The notes beneath the pieces are model-generated. The model had not been told where the DNA came from. It was given only the letters and a program-made list of their open reading frames with translations, and did not search any database. A program made the position numbers and the translations under genes. From positions 1 to 48,723 of the IMG/VR virus record IMGVR_UViG_3300021255_000132: a stretch of DNA of 48,723 bases; one strand, given 5' to 3'. Source of the DNA: a virus. This document shows positions 7,558-15,274 of this stretch, one piece after another. Each line of letters begins with the position of its first letter. Positions within the stretch are counted from its first letter, which is position 1.

Positions 7558-8357
7558 GCCATGTCCCTTTCCTTTCTGACGATAGCCCTGATTTTGTCTT
7601 GGTTCTCGGTCTTGTATAACCGATACATCATCCCTCTGATGGCTTTTTCAGATATCCCTGTTTGAATGGATATTACCGGGTAAGGTGTTGCTTCCAGCAC
7701 AGCATCAATTACCGTATACATTTCTTCTGCCGACCATTGATGTGCATGCTTATCCAGCTTTTGCGGTGCGTTCAGTCCCAAGGTGCTGCAGCGGCGAATT
7801 ACAGCACCGTAGGAGCGTTTCAGCAAGCTCGCTATTTCCCCGCCTGTCTTCTTTCCTTCTTTGATGTATCCGGCCAATCTGGCATCTTCTTCCTTTGTCC
7901 ACGGACTTACTTTTTTGAGTACATTGGCCATTCCATCCGCCCGCCGCTTCGCCTTTACCCATGCAGGCTCTTTCCCTAAGATGTTTTCCTCCATCTTCGA
8001 GAAGTCCAAAAAAGCTTTGTTCCTTTCCGCCCACTTCCAGAAGTCTGTTAAATTCACAACTCTGAATTTGCACTTGCCCACCTGTTTATATATGACCGGC
8101 AGGCCACGTTTCTCAACCCAGCTTGTTATGACATATCCGCCCCCACTTTTGCTGCCAGTCACCGCCCTGTAGAGCTGATGGAGCGTTATGTAATCGCCGT
8201 TTTCCAGGAATGCCCCCAGCCCCATACGAGCTCTTTTGACCAAAACGGCATTGACTGACCTATTCAGTCTCTTTGCAATGCTTGGTATAGGCACCCTCCC
8301 ATAGAGGTCTTCCAGCCGTTCTTCTTCCTCTGTCGTCCATTGTCTATTACTGCCCAT
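7554..8357 (-). CDS. Protein with repeated SANT/Myb-like DNA-binding motifs (267 aa)
   Basis: Three W-x-EE-type repeats are visible: QWTTEEEERLEDLYG, SPWTKEEDARLAGYI and HQWSAEEMYTVIDAV. Confidence 0.5.
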   Translation of the reverse strand: MGSNRQWTTEEEERLEDLYGRVPIPSIAKRLNRSVNAVLVKRARMGLGAFLENGDYITLHQLYRAVTGSKSGGGYVITSWVEKRGLPVIYKQVGKCKFRVVNLTDFWKWAERNKAFLDFSKMEENILGKEPAWVKAKRRADGMANVLKKVSPWTKEEDARLAGYIKEGKKTGGEIASLLKRSYGAVIRRCSTLGLNAPQKLDKHAHQWSAEEMYTVIDAVLEATPYPVISIQTGISEKAIRGMMYRLYKTENQDKIRAIVRKERDMA

Positions 8358-8733
8358 GACATTCTGCCCTCGCTTTGCACGCTGCTACTATTGCATAGAG
8401 TTCTGCACACCATGCTTCCCACGCCGGATTCGTGCCCACATTGTATGTAATCGGCTCTACTTTGTAGCCTGCCCTTTTGAGCGACACATATTTCCCATAA
8501 CTCATGCCGTACTCTTTGGCTTCCCTAGCCAGCGTGTCCAAATTGGACACATGCACTTTCCGTTTTCCGATTATGGATTTATGACGGAATCCCTCACGTT
8601 TTATGCCGCTGCGGATGGAAATGACACATTCCGGGCACCGTTTAGCACGGCTGAACTTACTATTGACTACGAAATCACGCCCACACAACTCACAGGTTAT
8701 TGTGCGGCTGTAAACAATCTCCGATACCTTCAT
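8347..8733 (-). CDS. Zinc-ribbon protein (128 aa)
   Basis: ATG preceded by AGGAG. CELCGRDF...CPEC. Confidence 0.55.
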   Translation of the reverse strand: MKVSEIVYSRTITCELCGRDFVVNSKFSRAKRCPECVISIRSGIKREGFRHKSIIGKRKVHVSNLDTLAREAKEYGMSYGKYVSLKRAGYKVEPITYNVGTNPAWEAWCAELYAIVAACKARAECHGQ

Positions 8734-8881
8734 TGTTCAATCTCCTTATTTTCGCTCTGATCGCTTTCAGCTGGCGTTTGAGATATCGCGGGCGGTGCTC
8801 GATGCCCTCCATCATGGCCAGCAGTTCTTTTTCCCTCGCCAGCAGGTCAGCTGACGTTTTTCTTTTCCTGCTCTTCGACAT
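8690..8881 (-). CDS. Possible small basic coiled-coil protein (63 aa)
   Basis: Internal ATG (MSKSRKRKTSADLL...). It overlaps both neighbours by 35-44 nt, so it is uncertain. Confidence 0.3.
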   Translation of the reverse strand: MSKSRKRKTSADLLAREKELLAMMEGIEHRPRYLKRQLKAIRAKIRRLNNEGIGDCLQPHNNL

Positions 8882-9461
8882 CGTCGTGCACCTTCCCATC
8901 TGACTTCCAGATATTTTCGTTGTCAAACTTCAGTCCGTGTTCTTCTGCCCAGGCTTTTGCCCAAGCTTCCAAATCTATCCCTGCTTCCCAATAGTTATAC
9001 GGGCAGTTCTTGGCGTTGACGTTGACCGGCTCGACACCATGTTTGCGGAAAATCTCGCGGATAAGGCACTCTTTCCACGCCTTCTTATGGCATTTACCGC
9101 AAGTCGCAGGGATAAAGCCGCTGTATAGCTTTTCAAAATCCTCTATGGGGAGAACCAGGCTCCCCGACATATCCTTGACAATCTTGTGATACTGCTGGGC
9201 CTTGTCATTCGGTACAAAAACAATATCCATATGGGTTAGATGCCGCGTAAAATCCTTTGCTGCATCCGCATCTAAGAAATCATAGCGGCGTTTGATGGCT
9301 TTATATCCCCACGTCCGACAACTGCGCAGGTCTTTCATGAAGTCTGCATCCACATCCTTCATTTTTTCTTCGTAGTCCTGGATGACTCTGTCCAGTATCT
9401 GAATTAGTAGCATCATCCGTGTCATATTTGCCTTTTCGGCTCGTGAAAAATATCTATTCAT
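8847..9461 (-). CDS. Hypothetical protein (204 aa)
   Basis: Long ORF with an ATG start. No motif recognised. Confidence 0.55.
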   Translation of the reverse strand: MNRYFSRAEKANMTRMMLLIQILDRVIQDYEEKMKDVDADFMKDLRSCRTWGYKAIKRRYDFLDADAAKDFTRHLTHMDIVFVPNDKAQQYHKIVKDMSGSLVLPIEDFEKLYSGFIPATCGKCHKKAWKECLIREIFRKHGVEPVNVNAKNCPYNYWEAGIDLEAWAKAWAEEHGLKFDNENIWKSDGKVHDDVEEQEKKNVS

Positions 9462-9516
9462 GGCTGTTTCTCCCCTCAGCCGCCCGCCTTGGGCGGCTTA
9501 TACATTCTGATTCGTA

Positions 9517-11013
9517 TTAGTCGAACTTTCTGCCCTTTCGCCAGTCGAGTTCTTCGTCATAACGTTTAATTTCTCTCTGCAGGCGCTCACACATTGCCTT
9601 ATCTTCTGGTCTTATAATGTCCAGATGTTCTTCCAACACATTTCGGATATAGCGTACAGCTTTCATCTGCAGTTCGTTTTCTTCCTGGCATTCGGCTTTG
9701 CGTATGGCTTCTTCTTCCTCAGCCTTGGCTCTTGCGGCTTTATCGGCTTCGATGGCTTCCAGCGGGATTTCGTCTATATAGCCGTTATCCTTCAGCACGG
9801 ATGCCTTTGTCGTGCCGGTTTTGGCTACTTCCATGGCTGCCGCCCGCAGGGCTTCTTCTTTGGTGTTGTAGGTATCCTTGAGGAATACCCAGTCTGCTTC
9901 ATCGCCATGCTCTACTACTGTATAGGTCAAGCAATAGCGGCCGCTTTCAGTCTTGTCTGCCACAGCCTTGATGGTGAAATTTATCCAGCTTTTGTAACCG
10001 CCTCGTCCAGTCTGATACGTTTCCTGCCCGTATTCATCGACCTCTGCGACTTCCCATTTCCCGGCATTAAGCTTTATTTTCCGGCCACAGGATTGAGCCA
10101 TACCGCATGCCTCATTGACTTCTCTGCAGGACTCACAGCATTTCAGGCATTGCGTTGACAAATGGCAGGCTTCGCAGGGTTCCAAACTGTCGCGGCCATA
10201 TGTTTCTGCTTTCTGTCGGATGGCGTTCAGCTGGTCTTGCTTGCGGTGTTCTTCGACTTTGGCCATACGTTCTGACCAGCCCGGTTCGTCTTCTCTTTCC
10301 TCATGCTTGACAATTGTTACATGATTGAGAGAGACTGTGCCTTCCTCTTGGAGCTTATTCGCCACTTTCTGCTGGCCTTCCTCAGATAGCTGACTTGCTT
10401 CATAGGCGGCGCTGACTTTCAGCCGCCCGTCTTTAAACGCCTGCTTCAAATCCTCGTTTTGCAGATTTTTGGCTATGGCGTGGTATCTTGCCAGCTGAGT
10501 GGACGACATCTGCAGCATCTTGCTGACTATATCCCTGACGCGCCCTTCTAAGCCCTGCTGTTCTTTCATTCGGTTTAGGATATCCGTCATGCGTTCAGCC
10601 TGCCGCATCTTTTCGGCATCTGTCAGCTGGCGGGCGGTGCTGTTAGTCAACATCAGCATCAAGTCCAGCATGTCTTCGTCATGCTCATTTTCAATCAAGC
10701 AGTTGACCTCAGCGAACTGCTGCATGCTTTTCCCTTTCACCAGCAATTGGCAAGCCGTCCATCGGCGCTCACCGCTGATAATCATATACTTGCCTGTTTC
10801 ATCAGCCGCCCGCACTACGAGGTTATGAAGGACGCCGCCCGCAATTTCGATGGCGTCCGCCAGCTCCTTAATGTTCTCTACACTGTATATGGTCTTGTTC
10901 TGCGGGTCTGGGTAAAGCTCATTGATGTTCAGCCGTTTTAATTCGTATTTCGGCGCTCCTGCTTCGGTCTTGCTCGCTTGATTCATGAGCCCCATCAAGT
11001 TAAATCCTGCCAT
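9517..11013 (-). CDS. parB: ParB/Srx N-terminal-domain protein with a long C-terminal extension (498 aa)
   Basis: The ParB box is visible: LYPDPQNKTIY...IKELADAIEIAGGVLHNLVV...YMIISGERRWTACQLL. The gene lies directly downstream of parA. A mid-protein Cys cluster (CEACHLSTQCLKCCESC) is unusual. Confidence 0.8.
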   Translation of the reverse strand: MAGFNLMGLMNQASKTEAGAPKYELKRLNINELYPDPQNKTIYSVENIKELADAIEIAGGVLHNLVVRAADETGKYMIISGERRWTACQLLVKGKSMQQFAEVNCLIENEHDEDMLDLMLMLTNSTARQLTDAEKMRQAERMTDILNRMKEQQGLEGRVRDIVSKMLQMSSTQLARYHAIAKNLQNEDLKQAFKDGRLKVSAAYEASQLSEEGQQKVANKLQEEGTVSLNHVTIVKHEEREDEPGWSERMAKVEEHRKQDQLNAIRQKAETYGRDSLEPCEACHLSTQCLKCCESCREVNEACGMAQSCGRKIKLNAGKWEVAEVDEYGQETYQTGRGGYKSWINFTIKAVADKTESGRYCLTYTVVEHGDEADWVFLKDTYNTKEEALRAAAMEVAKTGTTKASVLKDNGYIDEIPLEAIEADKAARAKAEEEEAIRKAECQEENELQMKAVRYIRNVLEEHLDIIRPEDKAMCERLQREIKRYDEELDWRKGRKFD

Positions 11014-11016
11014 CGC

Positions 11017-11784
11017 TTATTCCTCCACCATCTTGACCAGTTCAGCCACAAATGCTTTATAATCTTTTGCGGCTCCACACCGTGGTGAATGTACCATTAT
11101 CGGCTCGGCCGTAAACGTTGATTCATCAACTTTATCCGTCCAACGGATGAAGTTATCGAATGTCTTGTATTTTTCAGCCTGCCGCATCCACTCAGCGCCC
11201 TGTTGATTACTGTCATTTCTACGGTAACTCGTGATGAGCGTGCCAAGGAAGTTGAGCTGATGATTGAAGTAGGTTTTAACTGTCTGCATTTGGTTGAGTA
11301 AGCTGTCAATTCCATCGAATGTCCAGCGGTCGATTTTTGCAGGGATAACCAGATAATCCGATGTTGTCAGCGCATTTATGACGCACATGCCAAGACTCGG
11401 AGCGTTGTCTATGATCACGTAGTCGTATTCATCTTTGACCTGGTGCAGCACCTCTTTGAGCCGTACCTGCTGCGGCACCGTTGGGTCTGTCAGTACAGCT
11501 TTTTCAGCTTCCGCCAGTGATAGATTCGCGGCAATAATGTCGATATTCGGCTGAGTTGTGTGCTGGATAACCTGCTCAGCCGTCGCGGTACGTTTGAGTA
11601 CCTCGGTCATGCTGGGCTTGTCGTATCCGTACACGCCGAAGAACTGACTGGTGTTTCCCTGCTGGTCATTATCTACCACCAGTGTGCGCTTTTCATACTC
11701 CGTTGCCAGCACATATGCCGTGTTGATAGTGGTCACGGTCTTGCCCACTCCGCCCTTCAAATTTGCAATCGTTAATACTTTCAT
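11017..11784 (-). CDS. parA: ParA/Soj-family partition ATPase
   Basis: Deviant Walker A at the N-terminus, MKVLTIANLKGGVGKTVTT. Later motifs VIIDNAPSLG and DYLVIPAKIDRW also fit. Confidence 0.9.
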   Translation of the reverse strand: MKVLTIANLKGGVGKTVTTINTAYVLATEYEKRTLVVDNDQQGNTSQFFGVYGYDKPSMTEVLKRTATAEQVIQHTTQPNIDIIAANLSLAEAEKAVLTDPTVPQQVRLKEVLHQVKDEYDYVIIDNAPSLGMCVINALTTSDYLVIPAKIDRWTFDGIDSLLNQMQTVKTYFNHQLNFLGTLITSYRRNDSNQQGAEWMRQAEKYKTFDNFIRWTDKVDESTFTAEPIMVHSPRCGAAKDYKAFVAELVKMVEE

Positions 11785-11821
11785 CGTCTTATTCCTCCTC
11801 AGATTGTCGATGCTACGAGTT

Positions 11822-12382
11822 TTACATAATCAGCATGCTGAACGGATTGTTTTCCGCCTTGCTGACCTGTTGATTTTTGTATTCCAGAAACCGGACTACG
11901 GTATCTGCTTTGATTTCATATGAGGCTAAGTCTTCTGCACTGGCGTATTTATGGCCGTAGCGTTCTTTCATTTCCCGCCATACCTTCCACGGCACCATGA
12001 AATAACTAAGTTCCCAACCTGTACCGATGGCACAACAGACAAACGCTGCCGCCCCTGCCTTGTGGTATCGTTCCAGCATGGCGGCCTGCGTGGGTGTTAC
12101 CGCCGCCTGCTTGATTGCGTCCTTCTGCGTATACTTGGCTTCGAACGCTATTAGCCGCCCGCCTTTAATGCAGCCAATGAAATCAGGCTGCGCTTTCTGG
12201 GTGAACTGCACTTCTGCCCTGGCCCTTGCTCGGTCTAAATTCTTCACGACACGGAACGGCTCGCTTTCCTTGTGCAGTACCAGCTTGCCTTCCTGTTCGT
12301 ACTGCCGCGCCGCCGCCATAATCATTTCTTCGAGAATGCGGCCCTGAGCGTTGTTTACCCGGCTTACGTTGCTTCGGTTCAT
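11822..12382 (-). CDS. RecU-like Holliday junction resolvase (186 aa)
   Basis: RILEEMI...Y...G...KAQPDFIGCIKGGRLIAFEAKYT...TQAAMLERYHKAGAAAFV matches the RecU pattern Dy.G...G..i.FEaK...Q...L...GG.aF as I recall it. Confidence 0.55.
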   Translation of the reverse strand: MNRSNVSRVNNAQGRILEEMIMAAARQYEQEGKLVLHKESEPFRVVKNLDRARARAEVQFTQKAQPDFIGCIKGGRLIAFEAKYTQKDAIKQAAVTPTQAAMLERYHKAGAAAFVCCAIGTGWELSYFMVPWKVWREMKERYGHKYASAEDLASYEIKADTVVRFLEYKNQQVSKAENNPFSMLIM

Positions 12383-12386
12383 CAAA

Positions 12387-12635
12387 TCAGTTCTTCCCTC
12401 CCAGTTTTCTCTGCTTGCATTTCCGAATCAGGAAGGTTCTCCCTGTTCCATGCTTGGCATAGCACCGGAAATAATAGTCAGTCACTTTGATGGACTTGCC
12501 ACACAACCATGGCATACATCCAGCCCATTCACCCATATCACTGCACCACGCAGCATTAAGACATTCATAGCAGCATACCTGCCGCCCTTTTCTTTGGGTC
12601 TTGCACACATTCCCACGGCAATAGTATTTAGTCAC
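12387..12635 (-). CDS. Small Cys-rich protein (82 aa)
   Basis: GTG start with a GTGA overlap on the rep stop and GGGAGG upstream. It contains 9 Cys. Confidence 0.45.
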   Translation of the reverse strand: MTKYYCRGNVCKTQRKGRQVCCYECLNAAWCSDMGEWAGCMPWLCGKSIKVTDYYFRCYAKHGTGRTFLIRKCKQRKLGGKN

Positions 12636-13477
12636 AGGTTTGACCTCCCTTGTGGATTTTGTGGATAATCATCATCACGCTCAAATACTGCATGCTGATA
12701 GTCAAAGTTATCATCCGTATTACCGCTGTAGCTTAATGGCCATACGACGTGATAGCCTTTCGGTGCCTTAATCTCTTTCCGGAAGGAACCCCTCGGCACC
12801 AGTGTCTTGACTTCTTTTGTGCGGACAAGGTTCAGACTGGTGCAAATGCGGCTCCGTTTTGCTTTCAGCTCTGCATCCAGCGCCTTGGTATTGCCGCCCG
12901 CCCGTTTGACCTGCATTTTCTCATTGAGCGTGCTGATTAATGTTTCTTCTTTTGTCATGTAGGCCGCTACTTTCCTGGCGTCCATCGTCCGGGCTTCGTA
13001 CGGCTTGAAGTATGTGTTTCCTAACGCCCATGCATTCGATAAGGCTCTTTTCATCTTCCCAAAATCCACTCCTGGGATTGACGGGAGAAGAATGTGCCCG
13101 TGCAATCGTCCGCGCCCTTCCAAGTTCTCCTGCACAGCGATGTACTTAATGTCCATGCCATGCTCCTCATAGAACTTTCTAAGGCTTCGAATCATCTTCC
13201 CGTATGCTTTCTTGAACTCTGCCACAGATACTTTTTCTGCTAGTGTAAATGCTATCCACCAGTCACCTTCCTTGAAATTGTCCATAATCAGACGTTGGAA
13301 TCTTTCCGTCCGGTGTCTCAGGTTTATTTTCTCCTGCTGCTCGCTAGTAATCTTTCTCTTTGGTCTGCGTCTCTCTCTCGCTGACTCATTTTTGGGCATT
13401 GCTCTCACTGAATGGTACTTGTCCACTACAATAAAACGTTTGTCGTGAGATACCCATTTTTTCTGCATATAAGCCAT
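12632..13477 (-). CDS. HUH-superfamily rolling-circle replication initiator (Rep)-like protein (281 aa)
   Basis: The three RCR motifs appear in order: WWIAFTLA (motif 1), GRLHGHILLP (the HUH motif) and KVAAYMTKEE (catalytic Tyr). ATG with a GGAGAA RBS. Confidence 0.6.
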   Translation of the reverse strand: MAYMQKKWVSHDKRFIVVDKYHSVRAMPKNESARERRRPKRKITSEQQEKINLRHRTERFQRLIMDNFKEGDWWIAFTLAEKVSVAEFKKAYGKMIRSLRKFYEEHGMDIKYIAVQENLEGRGRLHGHILLPSIPGVDFGKMKRALSNAWALGNTYFKPYEARTMDARKVAAYMTKEETLISTLNEKMQVKRAGGNTKALDAELKAKRSRICTSLNLVRTKEVKTLVPRGSFRKEIKAPKGYHVVWPLSYSGNTDDNFDYQHAVFERDDDYPQNPQGRSNL

Positions 13478-13543
13478 GGCTTTTTCTCCGTCTCTTTCTT
13501 ACCCTAAAAATCCTTATTTTCTGCATGTTTATACGGCTTTTTT

Positions 13544-13578
13544 GTCAAGATATTAATTCCTTAATCAAGGGAGTCAAG
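13544..13578 (-). promoter_or_regulatory. Three CTTGA[C/T] motifs upstream of rep (candidate nick/origin core or -35 boxes)
   Basis: On the minus strand: CTTGAC (13578-13573), CTTGAT (13569-13564) and CTTGAC (13549-13544), with ATTAATAT between them. Confidence 0.35.
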
Positions 13579-13592
13579 AGGCGTTTCACCCC

Positions 13593-13621
13593 TTCACTTT
13601 TTCAGCCCTATGTGATACAAT
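13593..13621 (+). promoter_or_regulatory. Plus-strand extended -10 promoter (TTCACT - 17 nt - TGaTACAAT)
   Basis: TG at 13613-13614, TACAAT at 13616-13621, and TTCACT at 13593-13598. Confidence 0.45.
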
Positions 13622-13627
13622 AAATAT

Positions 13628-13689
13628 ATGGTTAATCTCCGTTAACCTGAAATCCTAGAGCCCGTCGCCTAACGGGCTCTTTTTCTTTT
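13628..13689 (+). ncRNA. Candidate ~60-nt small RNA antisense to the rep leader
   Basis: It lies between the plus-strand promoter and the plus-strand intrinsic terminator and holds two hairpins (13630-13647 and 13657-13680). No plus-strand ORF is present. The inference is from structure only. Confidence 0.35.
13657..13689 (+). terminator. Rho-independent terminator, plus-strand polarity
   Basis: A 9-bp stem agagcccgt / acgggctct with loop cgccta, followed by ttttctttt. The minus-strand side lacks a T-tract. Confidence 0.6.
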
Positions 13690-13706
13690 GTCTTTTTCTC
13701 ACGCCG

Positions 13707-14027
13707 TCACACTTTCAGTTCGTTGAACTGGCGTGTCAGCTCTTCACGGCACTTTTCCAGTGCTTTGATGAGTTCCTGACTGACATGTGTGCCCAGCGTT
13801 CCGCTTTTATCCTCGTAGATTTCTTCTTCTACCGGATGGCCTTTGGGGTCAGTAATACAGTCATCAGGGTAATAAATACCCTTCAGCTGCAGACGGCAAC
13901 CGTGGTCACTGCCATCCCCGTAGCAATTCAGAAATCCAATCACTTCATCCAGCTGTTCCAAATCGGCCAAAATATTTTCCGCTTCGGCCACCTTTTCTTT
14001 GATTTCTTCCAGGCGTTCTTCTGTCAT
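13707..14027 (-). CDS. Hypothetical acidic early protein (106 aa)
   Basis: ATG start with an ATGA overlap on the upstream small ORF. Confidence 0.55.
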   Translation of the reverse strand: MTEERLEEIKEKVAEAENILADLEQLDEVIGFLNCYGDGSDHGCRLQLKGIYYPDDCITDPKGHPVEEEIYEDKSGTLGTHVSQELIKALEKCREELTRQFNELKV

Positions 14028-14164
14028 GATGCTTTAGCCTCCTTATCCTCCCTTTCAACTTCGTGTACAATGATTTCCACGTTCTCAATGCCGTCCTGCT
14101 TTGCTTTGATTCTCATCAAAGCCGCCCACACGTTTGCAGGACTGAAGTTTGTGAAATTTTCCAT
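14024..14164 (-). CDS. Small early protein (46 aa)
   Basis: Hand-translated as MENFTNFSPANVWAALMRIKAKQDGIENVEIIVHEVEREDKEAKAS, with a GGAAGGGGAG RBS. Confidence 0.45.
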   Translation of the reverse strand: MENFTNFSPANVWAALMRIKAKQDGIENVEIIVHEVEREDKEAKAS

Positions 14165-14177
14165 GTTCTCCCCTTCC

Positions 14178-14336
14178 TTACGCCGTCTGCTTGTTTTCGT
14201 TCATCTTAACAAGCTGGTTCATCATAGCCGCGCCAACAATAGCGTTCGCAAAAGCCGCTACTTGGTCTGCATCTAGTTTCTCCAGCGCTTCGAGCAATCT
14301 GACTGTCTGCTCGTACTTGCGTTTCATTTCCTCCAT
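14178..14336 (-). CDS. First gene of the early leftward operon (52 aa; occupies the Cro position)
   Basis: Hand-translated as MEEMKRKYEQTVRLLEALEKLDADQVAAFANAIVGAAMMNQLVKMNENKQTA. GGAGGTG RBS, directly downstream of the early promoter. No obvious HTH. Confidence 0.5.
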   Translation of the reverse strand: MEEMKRKYEQTVRLLEALEKLDADQVAAFANAIVGAAMMNQLVKMNENKQTA

Positions 14337-14355
14337 TGCTCTTCACCTCCTCACT

Positions 14356-14449
14356 CTTGCTTTGTGAGTTTATAATATCACTATGTGAGGAATTTTGCAA
14401 GGGGTTATTTTATTTTTTTCTTGCTTTGTGAGTTTTTTTGATGTAAGAT
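14356..14449. promoter_or_regulatory. Lysis/lysogeny switch: divergent promoters plus two 16-bp operator repeats
   Basis: - Minus-strand promoter: TTGCAA (14395-14400), 17 nt, TGaTATTAT (-10 at 14372-14377).
- Plus-strand promoter: TTGCTT (14421-14426), 17 nt, TAAGAT (14444-14449).
- CTTGCTTTGTGAGTTT occurs at 14356-14371 and at 14419-14434. Confidence 0.7.
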
Positions 14450-14470
14450 AATCGTAGGAGGTGACTCACC

Positions 14471-14983
14471 ATGACAATAGGTGAACGTATCAAAGCCGCC
14501 CGCAAGTGCATGGGCATGACGCAGGCTGACTTTGCAGAACGCATTGGCCTTAAGCCGACAGCTGTTCTCATGTACGAAAAAGGCTCTCGAAATGTGACAG
14601 AGCAAAGCATTGCGCTTATCGTGCAGGCGTATAATATAAATGAGGAATGGCTACGTTCTGGCCACGGTGCTATGTTTCAAGAATGCGATGATGCAATCAT
14701 TAGCCAATTAGCAGAACAATATAAGCTTGGCGGCGAGCAAGTTGCTTTAATTAAGAGTTTTCTTTCTCTCACCGACTCACAACGTGATGCCGTTGTAGCT
14801 GCCGTTTGCAACGCTGCAGATGCAGTCAGCGCCGCCCGCAAAGTTGCAGCTGAAAAAGAAAAATCTCAGCGCGAGGAAGCTCATCAGCTTCTCGACATGG
14901 AGCTTGACGCTCAGGAAAAAGGGCAATCAGCCTCCACCTTTGGAAGCTCCGGCACCAGCGTTAACAACGAACAAAATGCATAA
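14471..14983 (+). CDS. XRE-family HTH repressor (cI-like), 170 aa
   Basis: N-terminal HTH: IGERIKAARKCMGMTQADFAERIGLKPTAVLMYEKGSRNVT. AGGAGG RBS. It is transcribed divergently from the early operon. Confidence 0.85.
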   Translation: MTIGERIKAARKCMGMTQADFAERIGLKPTAVLMYEKGSRNVTEQSIALIVQAYNINEEWLRSGHGAMFQECDDAIISQLAEQYKLGGEQVALIKSFLSLTDSQRDAVVAAVCNAADAVSAARKVAAEKEKSQREEAHQLLDMELDAQEKGQSASTFGSSGTSVNNEQNA

Positions 14984-15042
14984 AAAGGCCGCCCTGTTAT
15001 CAAGGCGGCCCTCTTACTATATATATTTTATGCTGCAGAAAA

Positions 15043-15076
15043 GGCCACCTGCTCTTCAACAGCAAGCGGCCTTTTT
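15043..15076 (+). terminator. Terminator after the repressor gene
   Basis: ggccacctgct / agcaagcggcc forms 9 of 11 pairs with a 7-nt loop, followed by ttttt. A run of A precedes the stem. Confidence 0.55.
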
Positions 15077-15190
15077 CTGGATTGTAAGGATATTTTTCGA
15101 AAGGTAATCTGGGGAATTACCTGCCTGATGTTAGAATAAGGCCCCAGCTATCACGCTGGGGTCTTACCTCGTAACACCAAAGCCTTATAG

Positions 15191-15236
15191 GCATGTGGAG
15201 AAACAGCCTATGTTTATTATATATCGCTCCACATGC
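15191..15236. promoter_or_regulatory. 10-bp inverted repeat gcatgtggag-N26-ctccacatgc upstream of the integrase gene
   Basis: Read directly. It ends 39 nt before the integrase ATG and the region between the arms is AT-rich. Confidence 0.4.
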
Positions 15237-15274
15237 TTTGTCTCACAATCAAACATTTTATGGAGGATTTTATA

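Noticed and set aside
11785-11821. Search for a canonical parS (TGTTTCACGTGAAACA-like palindrome) near parAB.
   Set aside because: No such palindrome is visible in the parA-proximal intergenic regions. The centromere, if any, remains unidentified, and the 11-bp repeat array at 5 kb is only a speculative alternative.
14206-14610. ORFs 14206-14400 (-), 14405-14605 (-) and 14410-14610 (-) from the track.
   Set aside because: They run across the divergent promoter/operator region or antisense to the repressor gene and lack RBSs. Two shorter ORFs with strong GGAGG sites (14178-14336 and 14024-14164) explain the coding potential better.
15191-15236. Inverted repeat considered as the attP core.
   Set aside because: The host radical-SAM gene fragment abutting the other end of the integrase gene is a more specific indicator of the crossover site. 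The inverted repeat is kept as a possible regulatory element instead.
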